From a virus (lineage: Duplodnaviria; Caudoviricetes), in IMG/VR virus record IMGVR_UViG_3300021387_000994, positions 69,580 to 133,579 of that record: a stretch of DNA of 64,000 nt. One strand, written 5' to 3'. Below, piece by piece: positions 30,616 through 40,366 of this stretch. The notes beneath the pieces were generated by a model. It did no database searches. It was not told the origin of the DNA and saw nothing but the letters and a program-made list of their open reading frames with translations. Position 1 is the stretch's first letter, and each line of letters opens with the position of its first letter. A program made the translations under genes and the position numbers.

Positions 30616-32540
30616 TTGTAATTTACAAGTAACTCATTCTTTGCATTATCAACAATGAGTGTGTTGTGTGTGTCGTCAATTATAAATTGACTTAATATAA
30701 CGTTATGTAATTCTTCCTCACATAATTTGTTCCAAAGTCTAAAGTTGGTGATGTTATGTCTAGAAGATATTAAGTCATAGTAACACGTTTCTCCCAAATC
30801 AAACGAACCCGTGTCATTTGAACTTACTCCAACCAATTTTAATTGTGACTTCGTGTTTTCAATCTTTTCAGAACCGGAGACATCATACAACCATATATTT
30901 GAATGTCCTTTGTTCATTCCAAGTAAAACAACATACCATTTATCTTCAAATCCATCGAAATCAAATGAGTACATAAATCTCTCATTGTTCAACGTCATAA
31001 GTATTTGTGTAGGTGTTTGTTTTAATACTAATGTATTATTCTTACCATTAAATCTCAATATTTCATTCACATCGTGTGCAATAACTTTTGAACAATTTAT
31101 CATAGTGCAATTTGAATCAAAAGTTCCTTCGACATCAACAATGTTTTTTGCTTTATTGACACTTGTTATCATCCTATATCCGTCAGCACTTCCGGATTTT
31201 GTTATTTTCAAATAATTACCAACTACTATATTGTTGTCCCATCCATTTAATGTGAGGCGGATATTTCCTTCTCCGTTATCTGAAATGGACTTTATCAAAA
31301 TGTTGTTTGATATATTTTTATCCGTGAATCTTGGTCGTAGTAAGAAACTAACCATTCTTTGATTATCACTTGAAAATCCTTCTGTGTATTTGTATTCTAC
31401 TGCCACTTTTCCTTTATCGATAGTTGTCATGTCATAGAATCTGTCTGCAATCATAGTGTAGTCGTTAAATACTTTTTCTTCAACAATTCTGAGATTTACA
31501 TCAAGTTTTCTTCTCAACCAGTCTTGTCCTTCGACCAAATCACCAAGGTCATTCAATTGATTGTCTTTTCTGTTATCTGCATATTCTTCTTTAATTTCTT
31601 CCTCAAATTTTCCTTCTGCTGAGAAAATAAGTGTCTCTGTATCATTTTTCAATTCTTCATCTGCAAATCCGACAGACGACATCTGTTCGTAAGGTGTCAA
31701 AGAAACTCTCCAATACGTCCCTAAATAACCGAAATCATCAGGTTCGGATACAGAGTCCACTCTGTACATTTTATTCATATAGGATTGAAAATAGAGGTAG
31801 TCGTGAGGGTCTGGATGTGTACCTTCACCGAACACATTCCAAAATTCCTGTTTTACGATATGAACCTCAAATTGGACTGGGTAATCCATCATCATAGAGT
31901 TGAACTGAATTTCCCTTGTTGGAAGTTGGTTGTCCGGAATAAGTACCTTCACATTCTTTTTATCAACAACATTTTCGAGACTATACTCTTTTAGTACAAC
32001 GTCACGAGACCTTTTGTCTGCTTCTGTTTTGAAATATAGGCAACAAATACCAAACATATTACTTACCAACTTACACATCTGTTGGTATATTGAAAGTGAG
32101 TTTCCAAGTGCATATGGATTAAACAAATTCTTACCGTCACCACATCCACAATCATATACAATTTGAGGTTTACAACAGTTCCCACCAGTACCTTGTCCGG
32201 CGGGTGTGTTCCAATAACATGCCGGTATCGGTGATTGGATGTTGTTCATATATTCAACATCAAGTGTTATTGATTCGACACTCAGTTCCACATCATCTGA
32301 ACCTATCTTTGTAAACTTGTATTGTATATATAAAATAGGGGATACACTTATCTTTGATAAGTTTTTATTTGTAAGTTCCTTATAATCTGACCAAAGAATT
32401 TTATCAACGGAATATCTGAACTCTTTTTTATAGTAGTTATTTTCGTCTTCGTTTTTCACAATACAATCAAATCCAGATATACTTTTGATGTCTTTATATT
32501 CTATCACATTGGATGTGATATAGTTTTTTTCATCCATCAC
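30606..32540 (-). CDS. Neck / head-tail connector (gp14-like) with C-terminal beta-sandwich
   Basis: FEVHIVKQEFWNVFGEGTHPDPHDYLYF..NKMYRV resembles T4 gp14. Late promoter at 32560. Confidence 0.55.
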   Translation of the reverse strand: MMDEKNYITSNVIEYKDIKSISGFDCIVKNEDENNYYKKEFRYSVDKILWSDYKELTNKNLSKISVSPILYIQYKFTKIGSDDVELSVESITLDVEYMNNIQSPIPACYWNTPAGQGTGGNCCKPQIVYDCGCGDGKNLFNPYALGNSLSIYQQMCKLVSNMFGICCLYFKTEADKRSRDVVLKEYSLENVVDKKNVKVLIPDNQLPTREIQFNSMMMDYPVQFEVHIVKQEFWNVFGEGTHPDPHDYLYFQSYMNKMYRVDSVSEPDDFGYLGTYWRVSLTPYEQMSSVGFADEELKNDTETLIFSAEGKFEEEIKEEYADNRKDNQLNDLGDLVEGQDWLRRKLDVNLRIVEEKVFNDYTMIADRFYDMTTIDKGKVAVEYKYTEGFSSDNQRMVSFLLRPRFTDKNISNNILIKSISDNGEGNIRLTLNGWDNNIVVGNYLKITKSGSADGYRMITSVNKAKNIVDVEGTFDSNCTMINCSKVIAHDVNEILRFNGKNNTLVLKQTPTQILMTLNNERFMYSFDFDGFEDKWYVVLLGMNKGHSNIWLYDVSGSEKIENTKSQLKLVGVSSNDTGSFDLGETCYYDLISSRHNITNFRLWNKLCEEELHNVILSQFIIDDTHNTLIVDNAKNELLVNYKWS

Positions 32541-32570
32541 ATAATGCTGTTATATATGGTATTTATGCAT

Positions 32571-32602
32571 AAAAAAAGGACAACGACTATTCGTTGTCCT
32601 TT
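32571..32602 (-). terminator. Intrinsic terminator
   Basis: AAAGGACAACGA-loop-TCGTTGTCCTTT. Confidence 0.85.
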
Positions 32603-32607
32603 CAATT

Positions 32608-33147
32608 TTATATATCGAGTTTTAAATTGTATTTTTCAAATACATCACCGAAACCGATTGAATTTATTCTCTTATAGAACATTTCTTTTTGGTTTTCGAA
32701 AATTGGTTGGTTGGCGAGAAAACTTCTATTACATAATGTAAACAATCTTTTGTAATGATAGTTTATGATGTATTTTACAAACCTATTATATAAATCATAC
32801 AATCCTTCTTTGTCTAGTGTTATGAACACATCTTCGATAAAGAAAGTTTTTTTATCCAAAAATGCAAGTAGGTCTCCCATACCTTTAAATCCGTCCATTT
32901 CCGTTTTTTTGATGAGTTGCATTTTTTCAGTTCTCAAATTACATAAAACTTTAAACCCTATTAAATGTTCTTTCAACAAGTTAAAATCAGTTTCATATAT
33001 GTCTTTGATTTTGACTTTATATGTCGTTCTTTCGTTAAAAGTGTGTTTTTCAAGTATGACTATTTTTATCGGTAGTAGAAATTCTGGGTCTGTTACTGAA
33101 TTAAGAATTGCATAGCATTCAGTACCGATATTAAACGTTCTAACCAT
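32608..33147 (-). CDS. Hypothetical protein
   Basis: 179 aa ORF coupled to the upstream membrane gene. Confidence 0.55.
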   Translation of the reverse strand: MVRTFNIGTECYAILNSVTDPEFLLPIKIVILEKHTFNERTTYKVKIKDIYETDFNLLKEHLIGFKVLCNLRTEKMQLIKKTEMDGFKGMGDLLAFLDKKTFFIEDVFITLDKEGLYDLYNRFVKYIINYHYKRLFTLCNRSFLANQPIFENQKEMFYKRINSIGFGDVFEKYNLKLDI

Positions 33148-33862
33148 TTACTTTTTCTTTAAGTTCTTCGAGTTTACTTTCCATATCTTTTTTAGATGAT
33201 GAAACTCCATTTCTACCATAATTTTCAAGTTCCTTCAGTTCTTCATCTGACAATACAAAACCATCAAGTTCTCTTGGTTGTTTTTTACTTGTGAGTCTCT
33301 TTACTTCCTTTTTTTCATCTTCGTCAAATTCTTCTTCGTCAAGTTCTTTTTCGGTTATTATATTTGGTTTTGGTGTGTCTGTTTTTTCAACTTTTATTTC
33401 TTCTTTCTTTTCTTCTTCTTGTTGTTCATTACTATTTAGATAATCAGTGAGACATTTGATGAAACCAAGTGCAATCAATGGGAGTATAGCACCAGATATA
33501 CCGGCAATAATTCTTTTTTGGTCAATTGGTTCCATTTCTGTAAGTCCGAACAATTCTGACCAACTAATATATTCGCCTAGTCCGACATATGCAGCGTATG
33601 TGTTCGCCATACACTGGAATAATGTCAAGATGACGAACATAATCCATACTATGTCAAACCCTTTTTTTCTTCTTGTCAATGCACCGAATAAACATGCCAT
33701 CTGACCGATTTCAAATGAGCAAGCGAGTACCGTACTCATCCAACCCTGGTGTGCAAGGTTGAAGAAATGAATACTTGAAATAAGACTCACTATAGCCACG
33801 ATAATGTATAACAACAGGTATGAACCCATTGTGGAATATTTAATGATTTTTTCTTTATTCAT
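33140..33862 (-). CDS. Late membrane protein (about 4 TM helices, charged C-tail), possible holin-like
   Basis: Four hydrophobic stretches in the first about 140 aa. CATAAATA at 33882-33889. Confidence 0.55.
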   Translation of the reverse strand: MNKEKIIKYSTMGSYLLLYIIVAIVSLISSIHFFNLAHQGWMSTVLACSFEIGQMACLFGALTRRKKGFDIVWIMFVILTLFQCMANTYAAYVGLGEYISWSELFGLTEMEPIDQKRIIAGISGAILPLIALGFIKCLTDYLNSNEQQEEEKKEEIKVEKTDTPKPNIITEKELDEEEFDEDEKKEVKRLTSKKQPRELDGFVLSDEELKELENYGRNGVSSSKKDMESKLEELKEKVNG

Positions 33863-33889
33863 ATATTATTTTTATTATTGATATTTATG

Positions 33890-33918
33890 AGAAAAGGTGG
33901 TCTTTTGACCACCTTTTC
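33890..33918 (-). terminator. Intrinsic terminator
   Basis: GAAAAGGTGGTC-TTTT-GACCACCTTTTC. Confidence 0.8.
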
Positions 33919-33926
33919 TTGTTTTG

Positions 33927-34568
33927 TTATCCGTTCATTTCTTTTTGACAAAAAATTGATAACTTTTCAAATGCATCGTTGTAAATTTTTCTTGCAACAG
34001 GAAGTGGTACTTCAAGTTCATCAGCCATGAATTGAAAATTGTTGTGTTTCAATCCTTCATATTCATCAAGTTTAAGTTTTATCTTTATAGTTTTCTGACC
34101 AGCTGGACTAAGGGTTTTTATTCCTTTTCTTAGAATTTCATCCCTTTCATTTTTGAAAGCATCGTTTGAACATTCCCCTAAATTGTCGTAATCTTCAAAC
34201 TCTATACTTTTATAAGAAATATCTGTCTCTTCTCTTGCTTTACTTCCTTTTGTAAAACCACTTTGATGATTAACTGGAATGTGTACTAGATTTGTCTGTC
34301 TATTCACAAAATTTATCATCTCGTATCTAACTGCTAATGCACATGCTTTTACAAATTTGTCATTTTTTGTAGGGTCATATTTCTTTTCGACCTTTTTCAT
34401 GGCTTCGGTTCCGACTGCAATTAAATCATTCTCATCGACACCGGTCTCTTTGGCAACATTTATTGCAACCTTTACTACGTATAAAAGGTTTTTTGTAGTT
34501 AAATCACTACCATTTTTTCTTGCCCGCTCGACGGCTTTCCCAATTTCTTCATAATATCTAGAATTCAT
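33927..34568 (-). CDS. Sigma-70-family RNA polymerase sigma factor
   Basis: NLLYVVKVA, DLIAVG, KYDPTKNDKF and VHIP (region 2), plus a region-4-like C-terminal HTH. Confidence 0.8.
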   Translation of the reverse strand: MNSRYYEEIGKAVERARKNGSDLTTKNLLYVVKVAINVAKETGVDENDLIAVGTEAMKKVEKKYDPTKNDKFVKACALAVRYEMINFVNRQTNLVHIPVNHQSGFTKGSKAREETDISYKSIEFEDYDNLGECSNDAFKNERDEILRKGIKTLSPAGQKTIKIKLKLDEYEGLKHNNFQFMADELEVPLPVARKIYNDAFEKLSIFCQKEMNG

Positions 34569-34630
34569 CTAAACTATTTTAACTTATATAACTTTTAAAA
34601 CTTATTTTTAATTTGGTTGTGAATAACAAT

Positions 34631-34652
34631 AAAGATACTATTTTTTATCAAA
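34631..34652 (-). promoter_or_regulatory. 22-nt element TTTGATAAAAAATAGTATCTTT upstream of the sigma-70-like gene
   Basis: Identical copy at 50896-50917. Confidence 0.65.
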
Positions 34653-34656
34653 AAAA

Positions 34657-35196
34657 TTAAACAAATGATTTAAATTTTTTGATATTTGATTTAACCAAAT
34701 CAATATCAATTGGTTTAAAATTCCATTTGGAAGCATTACAACATACATTGTTATTATTCATATTTGTATTTTCAAACATTCCGTGAAAACACAGAGAATC
34801 GTTCTTTTTTCCATACCAATCCACCAATGGAAAATAACTTAGAACAACATCTTTATCTTTTAGTATTTCTATTTGGTTGTGTGAAAATAAGATTTTTTCC
34901 TTCAGTGAACTGTTTACACTTTTATTTATATATTGTTCAAGAATATTTTTTGAATCAATCTCGTCTTCGGAATTGAAATTGTTGAGGAAAATTATTTTTT
35001 TACCAATTAGTTGAAATACTGTGTCGTATATGTCACAAATACCGAATCCACCAAGAACGTAAACGATATCTTCGTCTGTTACGACACTATTCCAATTTGA
35101 GATGACGTTCATATTATATTCCAAATGGTTTTTACCATAATGTTCTCCATATGGTCTGTTAATCCAAGTGTCGCTTATAGCAAATATCTTTCCCAA
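34657..35196 (-). CDS. Calcineurin-like metallophosphoesterase homologue, catalytic residues degenerate
   Basis: ISDTW, NWNSVVTDEDIVYVLGGF, LSYFPLVDW and FHG follow the family layout. TTG start. Confidence 0.65.
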   Translation of the reverse strand: MGKIFAISDTWINRPYGEHYGKNHLEYNMNVISNWNSVVTDEDIVYVLGGFGICDIYDTVFQLIGKKIIFLNNFNSEDEIDSKNILEQYINKSVNSSLKEKILFSHNQIEILKDKDVVLSYFPLVDWYGKKNDSLCFHGMFENTNMNNNNVCCNASKWNFKPIDIDLVKSNIKKFKSFV

Positions 35197-35213
35197 AATA
35201 AAAAAATATTTTA

Positions 35214-35243
35214 TGTGAGGGACTCAGAAATGAATCCCTCACA
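35214..35243 (-). terminator. Hairpin after gp32
   Basis: TGTGAGGGA...TCCCTCACA. Confidence 0.6.
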
Positions 35244-35261
35244 CAAGGTTAAACATAAGAA

Positions 35262-36251
35262 TTAATTACCAAGAACTGAGTTCAACCACTCTTCGTCAGC
35301 ATCCGGATTGATTGTCTCGACATTTTCATTTGTCTCAACATTTTTTACCGATGGAGTTTCTGATTGAACCATACTACTTTGACTTTCGATAATTTGATTT
35401 ACTGTCTCAGTAGCACTTGCAACAGAAGTACGTGGTGCTGAATAATTTGATTTATATGTGGCGAGAAGTGCATTCACCTTATCGGTGGTCTCTTGATTCC
35501 ATTCCTTCCACTGATAATCGTTGATTTTTGGGGCGTCGGTTTTGAGCCACTCAACATATTCGTTCATAGACTCACGTGTCTGTTCCAATGTTTTTCCTTC
35601 ACCGAAATGGAGTGGAGCCTTTCTGTCGGTAATGAATTTGCAAGCACTGTACTCTGCAACTTCACGACCACCATCCATCTTCTGGGCGGATTTAGTCAAG
35701 TTGATTTCAAATAATGGTGCTGAAATTGCTTGGAATGGATTGATTGCATTTGTAAACTCAGAACCCTTTAAAGCATCTTCAATCTTATCGTGGATTTTCT
35801 TTCCGAACTGGTAAATCATAAACTTACCATCATACTCAGGATGTTGAACATCCTTTACAACTTCTACAAGTGCATACCATTGCTGATATACGTTTATTTT
35901 CTTAGAGTTTGCTTTATCGATGGCGGAATCACTTGAATAAAGTTTCCAACTCAACTCACGGATAGGACATTTCAAACCGACGGTCTTCGGAGATACGACG
36001 AAAATACCATTTTCACCATTTACATCCTTCAAGTAACACTCCCATCTCTCAATGGTTGTCTGAACCTTATCTTGATAGATAAAAGGCATGAAACGAATCA
36101 CGGCACGATAGTTACCATCCTTACACTTCTCATCCCTAATACTAGGTTTGTAAAGATTTTCATTCAAACTTGTTTTTTTCTTACTCTCGGTCAATGTGAG
36201 AGCATCTTCTGTGGTCATAGTGAATAGACCAGTAAAATCTAAATTTCCCAT
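35262..36251 (-). CDS. Single-stranded DNA-binding protein, T4 gp32-like
   Basis: DGNYRAVIRFMP, CPI, IYQFGKKIHDKI, NPF and an acidic C-terminal tail. Confidence 0.9.
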   Translation of the reverse strand: MGNLDFTGLFTMTTEDALTLTESKKKTSLNENLYKPSIRDEKCKDGNYRAVIRFMPFIYQDKVQTTIERWECYLKDVNGENGIFVVSPKTVGLKCPIRELSWKLYSSDSAIDKANSKKINVYQQWYALVEVVKDVQHPEYDGKFMIYQFGKKIHDKIEDALKGSEFTNAINPFQAISAPLFEINLTKSAQKMDGGREVAEYSACKFITDRKAPLHFGEGKTLEQTRESMNEYVEWLKTDAPKINDYQWKEWNQETTDKVNALLATYKSNYSAPRTSVASATETVNQIIESQSSMVQSETPSVKNVETNENVETINPDADEEWLNSVLGN

Positions 36252-36374
36252 AACTTTTTAAACTTTTTTTTGACTTATTTTATTATTATAAACTATGTCC
36301 TTTCAGACAAATTGTTTCAAACTTTATCAACTACAATATAAATATAACAAAAAAATATAGATTATTTTAAAATT

Positions 36375-37283
36375 CTATTTTTTTAATATCTGTATTTTTC
36401 CAGTATTGTTTGCATTACTCAAATTTAGTTTTCCACCTATTGTCATAACATTATTTAATTGACTAGTTTTCAATTTTTCTTCAAGTTGTTTTTCGGTTAG
36501 TAGTATTTTACCACCTTCTCTTTTTTTAAACAATTCTTTTTTAATTGGATTTCCATTTTTATCAACTTCAACATCTCCTTTGTAATATTGATATGTTGCA
36601 TTGTCGGATATGACAACGGATGTAAATTCATTTGAGTTTTCATATTCTGACAATTGTGACTGCATCTCTTCATTTTCTGCTTCAAGTGTGGTAACCCTTT
36701 CTTGTAAATTAGAGTTTTCGTTTAACAAAGAATCTATCTGCAAACGATTTTCATTCAAAGTTTGGTTCAATAATAATATCTGTGTATTTGCACTTTCCAA
36801 CTGCTTTCTCAAAGAATTTACCATCGCTGTCAATGATGATGTTGACCATTTACTTTCGTCTGCCCAGTTTCCCATGAATAACACTTCCTCACCGGATGTG
36901 TATATCACATTTCCATCGCCATCATAACGCTCAAACACTCTTGTTATATAGAATGTGTTTGTTGACATTGCAAGAATGTTGTTGGCATCTTCTTTTGATA
37001 TTTTAAAGAGTGCTTCACCGTTTGACCTATCGACTTGGAAATTTGAACCAGAGTTGTCATATTCTGATATACGGATTTCAGTTTTCTTGTTTTTGAAAAC
37101 AAGAAATAGTCTCTGTCCGTTATCCGACAGATTAAGTAGTGTTTTGGAATCGGTGTTCCAATTGTTATATACTCTGAACAAATGATATGTGTCGAATGGA
37201 TTTATCAAGAGACATGTGTCTCCTTTTGCATATACAGTCTCATCAATTGTTCCATTTACACGGATTATATTTTCTTCACTCAT
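36375..37283 (-). CDS. Hypothetical virion-operon protein with coiled coil
   Basis: 302 aa, last gene of the late operon starting at 40283. Confidence 0.55.
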   Translation of the reverse strand: MSEENIIRVNGTIDETVYAKGDTCLLINPFDTYHLFRVYNNWNTDSKTLLNLSDNGQRLFLVFKNKKTEIRISEYDNSGSNFQVDRSNGEALFKISKEDANNILAMSTNTFYITRVFERYDGDGNVIYTSGEEVLFMGNWADESKWSTSSLTAMVNSLRKQLESANTQILLLNQTLNENRLQIDSLLNENSNLQERVTTLEAENEEMQSQLSEYENSNEFTSVVISDNATYQYYKGDVEVDKNGNPIKKELFKKREGGKILLTEKQLEEKLKTSQLNNVMTIGGKLNLSNANNTGKIQILKK

Positions 37284-37297
37284 CTTATTCTATTATT

Positions 37298-38191
37298 TTA
37301 TTCTCTTGTAAGAAATACTGAGATAGGAACATATGTGGATTTACCTTCCTCAGAATTTTCTGTTAAAATATATGATGTTGATTTGTTTTCATTGAATGAA
37401 GAATCAACTTTGAAACCAAGATATTCTATTCTTTCTCTCATATCATATACTTCTACAATATTTGGAAGTGGTTTTCCGATAATAGACAATACTTTGTCTT
37501 TTGGATGTGAAATCAATAATTTATAAATGAATAGTTCTACAATATCGATTGTATCGTTTGAAAGAAATCTAAATAATTCACAGTATTTGAAGTCTTCTTT
37601 TGTCTCACAATATCCATCCATTGTAGCAAAACTATCGTCAAATAATGCACTATTTTCTTCAATTATCTGAAATACAAATTCAACGATTGATGACATATTT
37701 TTCATTCTACGTTCATCAATCTTTATATATATTGTCTTCTCGGTTTTTTTATTTTCAACGACAAAAGTTGCTTCGACAATTTTTTTATCTATACATTCTG
37801 CAACATCCGATTCTATTTTTTTATAAATTTCGAACCATGTATTTCCATCTAACCTGAACACTGAAGAATCTTCGTCAGATTTCTGTACTTTAAAGAATCC
37901 GTTTTCGTCGATATATATTCCCGATTCCTCATCTATTTTTAACGATATTGAACCATTTGAATCAACTATCATACCCTTTCCAGGCATCATGAGACCAATT
38001 TTATTTTCTTTTGCAACCTCAATAGATGGAATCACTGGTGTACCAGTCAAGTCACTATATCTTCCGGTCTTTGCAACTTGTTTTAGGTCTGTTATATCCT
38101 TTACTGTATGTTTATGGTCTTTTATTGCAAGTCTCTCTTTCAATTGTCTTATAACTTGCTCGAGTCCTTCCAAAGTTAAAAAATTTCCCAT
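37298..38191 (-). CDS. Tail fibre-related protein
   Basis: DHKHTVKDITDL and VAKTGRYSDL fibre motifs. ATG at 38191 follows the upstream stop. Confidence 0.6.
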   Translation of the reverse strand: MGNFLTLEGLEQVIRQLKERLAIKDHKHTVKDITDLKQVAKTGRYSDLTGTPVIPSIEVAKENKIGLMMPGKGMIVDSNGSISLKIDEESGIYIDENGFFKVQKSDEDSSVFRLDGNTWFEIYKKIESDVAECIDKKIVEATFVVENKKTEKTIYIKIDERRMKNMSSIVEFVFQIIEENSALFDDSFATMDGYCETKEDFKYCELFRFLSNDTIDIVELFIYKLLISHPKDKVLSIIGKPLPNIVEVYDMRERIEYLGFKVDSSFNENKSTSYILTENSEEGKSTYVPISVFLTRE

Positions 38192-38192
38192 A

Positions 38193-40283
38193 TTATTCTC
38201 CAAAAATTTCTTGTATTGTCAAGTCGATTTGTTCATCTGTAATTGCAGAATCATCAGATGGACCGGTGCTTCCAGAATTTCCAGTTGTACCAGATACAGA
38301 ACATTCATATATAAATGATGGTTTTGTCTGTTTCATGACGGTATCTACACAAACAATTTCTATAGTTGGTGTTTCGGATATATTTTCACCAGATATTACT
38401 ATGTTCTGATTCCATTCGTTATTTTCAAGACCCGTGTGAATATAAAGAAGTTTTCCATCAAAGTCTATATAATTCTTTATCTTCAACTTAAATGTCTGTC
38501 CTTCTTTCCACGAAATTCGACTATCATCAATATAAATGTTCAAGTTATTTGTACATGTGTCACCATCCACATAAAGAACAGCGAGGTTTGGACCCTCTTC
38601 CAAAATAGTATATGCACAAGGTATTTCGTTTAAATCTTGTCTGTGTATCGATAGTGGTGTATCTTCTGTAATCTCACTTCCATCAATCTCAATTCCATCC
38701 TCTACGATATTAACATTGAGAAAATTATTTATAGAATATGATGAAAGTGTGGAATCTATCGTTATCTTACCATCTGTTGACCTGTTCACCCTGATACCAT
38801 ATCCACTTGGTAGGATTGTTGATGTGTTGTCTTGTGATGACAAAAAGTTATCAACCTTTTGATTGACTTCTCCGATAAGGTCTGTCAGTGCATATTGGTC
38901 GGCGATTCCGGAACCATCTATTCTTGTTTCTAGAAGATTCAACCTGTCGGTTACAGATGTTACAGAATCCATACCATATAGAAGTGTTTCAAGTTCATGT
39001 ACTCTTTTTTGAAGACTTGAAATCTCGGACTGCTGTCTATTGAAAATATCTATTGTTTTTTGTAACTTTACCATATCGTCCATATATTCTTGAAATGTAT
39101 CTAACAAATCTTGGTTGTTGTTCTCATAGGAACTTGTCATATTACTTGTTGGATATGCATCTATCTTAATATCAACTTTTAAAGCAAACGAATTACCATT
39201 TGACAGATTTGTTGTCTTATGTTTTGGATAACATTGTATATGATTTCTAGTATTGTCAACGTCACCATCAGAGGAAACTTCCTCAAGAAATAATACCCCA
39301 TATAAGTTTGTAACGGTTTCACCGGTTGCATTGTCTGTGAAATCGTAATAGATGAGAACACAGTTAAATTCAAAATTGTCAGGTGACAATTCATTCATTG
39401 TCATAATATCAGAATATCCGACAATATCATTCATATAGAATGAATCCCTGAAATCAATCATATATCCGTTGTCACTCGTATATGTGTTGTTCAAGGCTTC
39501 TGAATTTCCTTCATCGGTTGAAGTGTCAAAATCGTATATTGCACGTGGACTCAAATCATAGGGTGTTATTTTCCCATCTTTGTCTTTGTCCCAACCAATG
39601 ATAAATTCACTGTTTTCACCATTAAGTGTATAGTTACCACCATTATAGTTACCATCGTTTGCTGTGGTGAATCTTACTTCATAACTTGCACCAACTGTAC
39701 TAGGAATATGGAGATATAATTCACTGTATGCATCTCCATTTATTTCTACCGAATTGATTATGTCTATGTTTCCGATATATTTAACGGTTCTGTTTCTTAC
39801 ATAGTCAGCATGGTGTTCAACATTAATAGGGTCGTAAGAATATTTTCCACATTTTTCGTAGTATAGATTGGTTTCCCTGTTTGCATACTTAAACTCTATA
39901 CCACCAATTTTTTGTAACCAATTAAAGAATATTCTTTCAGAAGTCGTCCTTAAAATTGTATTATCGTAGTCATCATCGTCACCTTCTCCGTTAAGTATGG
40001 CAGTTTCAAAATTCATTATATAATTCTGAAAATGTTCTGCCAACAATGTATTCATGTCATTGTTATAATCAATGTCAGGAAAAGAATCAACCAAATCTAC
40101 AAATTTATCGTCTCCAACATAGTTTGTAGGTTTGATGTCTGGGAAATCAAGACAAGCAAAATGACTGAACTTAAAAGTGTAACTATCGTTTGTAAAAACT
40201 CTTGCCAAATCTTTCTGTGCAGATGGAAATGTGTAAAGTGTTCCACCCTCAGTCCTTGGGGCACTCAATAATGGTGTAACCAT
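38193..40283 (-). CDS. Structural baseplate/fibre-anchor protein with central coiled coil
   Basis: 696 aa. Late promoter at 40314-40321. Lies upstream of the fibre-like gene. Confidence 0.5.
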   Translation of the reverse strand: MVTPLLSAPRTEGGTLYTFPSAQKDLARVFTNDSYTFKFSHFACLDFPDIKPTNYVGDDKFVDLVDSFPDIDYNNDMNTLLAEHFQNYIMNFETAILNGEGDDDDYDNTILRTTSERIFFNWLQKIGGIEFKYANRETNLYYEKCGKYSYDPINVEHHADYVRNRTVKYIGNIDIINSVEINGDAYSELYLHIPSTVGASYEVRFTTANDGNYNGGNYTLNGENSEFIIGWDKDKDGKITPYDLSPRAIYDFDTSTDEGNSEALNNTYTSDNGYMIDFRDSFYMNDIVGYSDIMTMNELSPDNFEFNCVLIYYDFTDNATGETVTNLYGVLFLEEVSSDGDVDNTRNHIQCYPKHKTTNLSNGNSFALKVDIKIDAYPTSNMTSSYENNNQDLLDTFQEYMDDMVKLQKTIDIFNRQQSEISSLQKRVHELETLLYGMDSVTSVTDRLNLLETRIDGSGIADQYALTDLIGEVNQKVDNFLSSQDNTSTILPSGYGIRVNRSTDGKITIDSTLSSYSINNFLNVNIVEDGIEIDGSEITEDTPLSIHRQDLNEIPCAYTILEEGPNLAVLYVDGDTCTNNLNIYIDDSRISWKEGQTFKLKIKNYIDFDGKLLYIHTGLENNEWNQNIVISGENISETPTIEIVCVDTVMKQTKPSFIYECSVSGTTGNSGSTGPSDDSAITDEQIDLTIQEIFGE

Positions 40284-40328
40284 ATTTTTCTTATATATAT
40301 TTGAATTATATTTTATTTATGTAGAAAT

Positions 40329-40360
40329 AAAAAAGAGGAGTTTCAAAAACTCCTCTTTTT
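40329..40360 (-). terminator. Intrinsic terminator after dnaK
   Basis: AAAAAGAGGAGTTT-loop-AAACTCCTCTTTTT. Confidence 0.85.
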
Positions 40361-40366
40361 CTTCAT

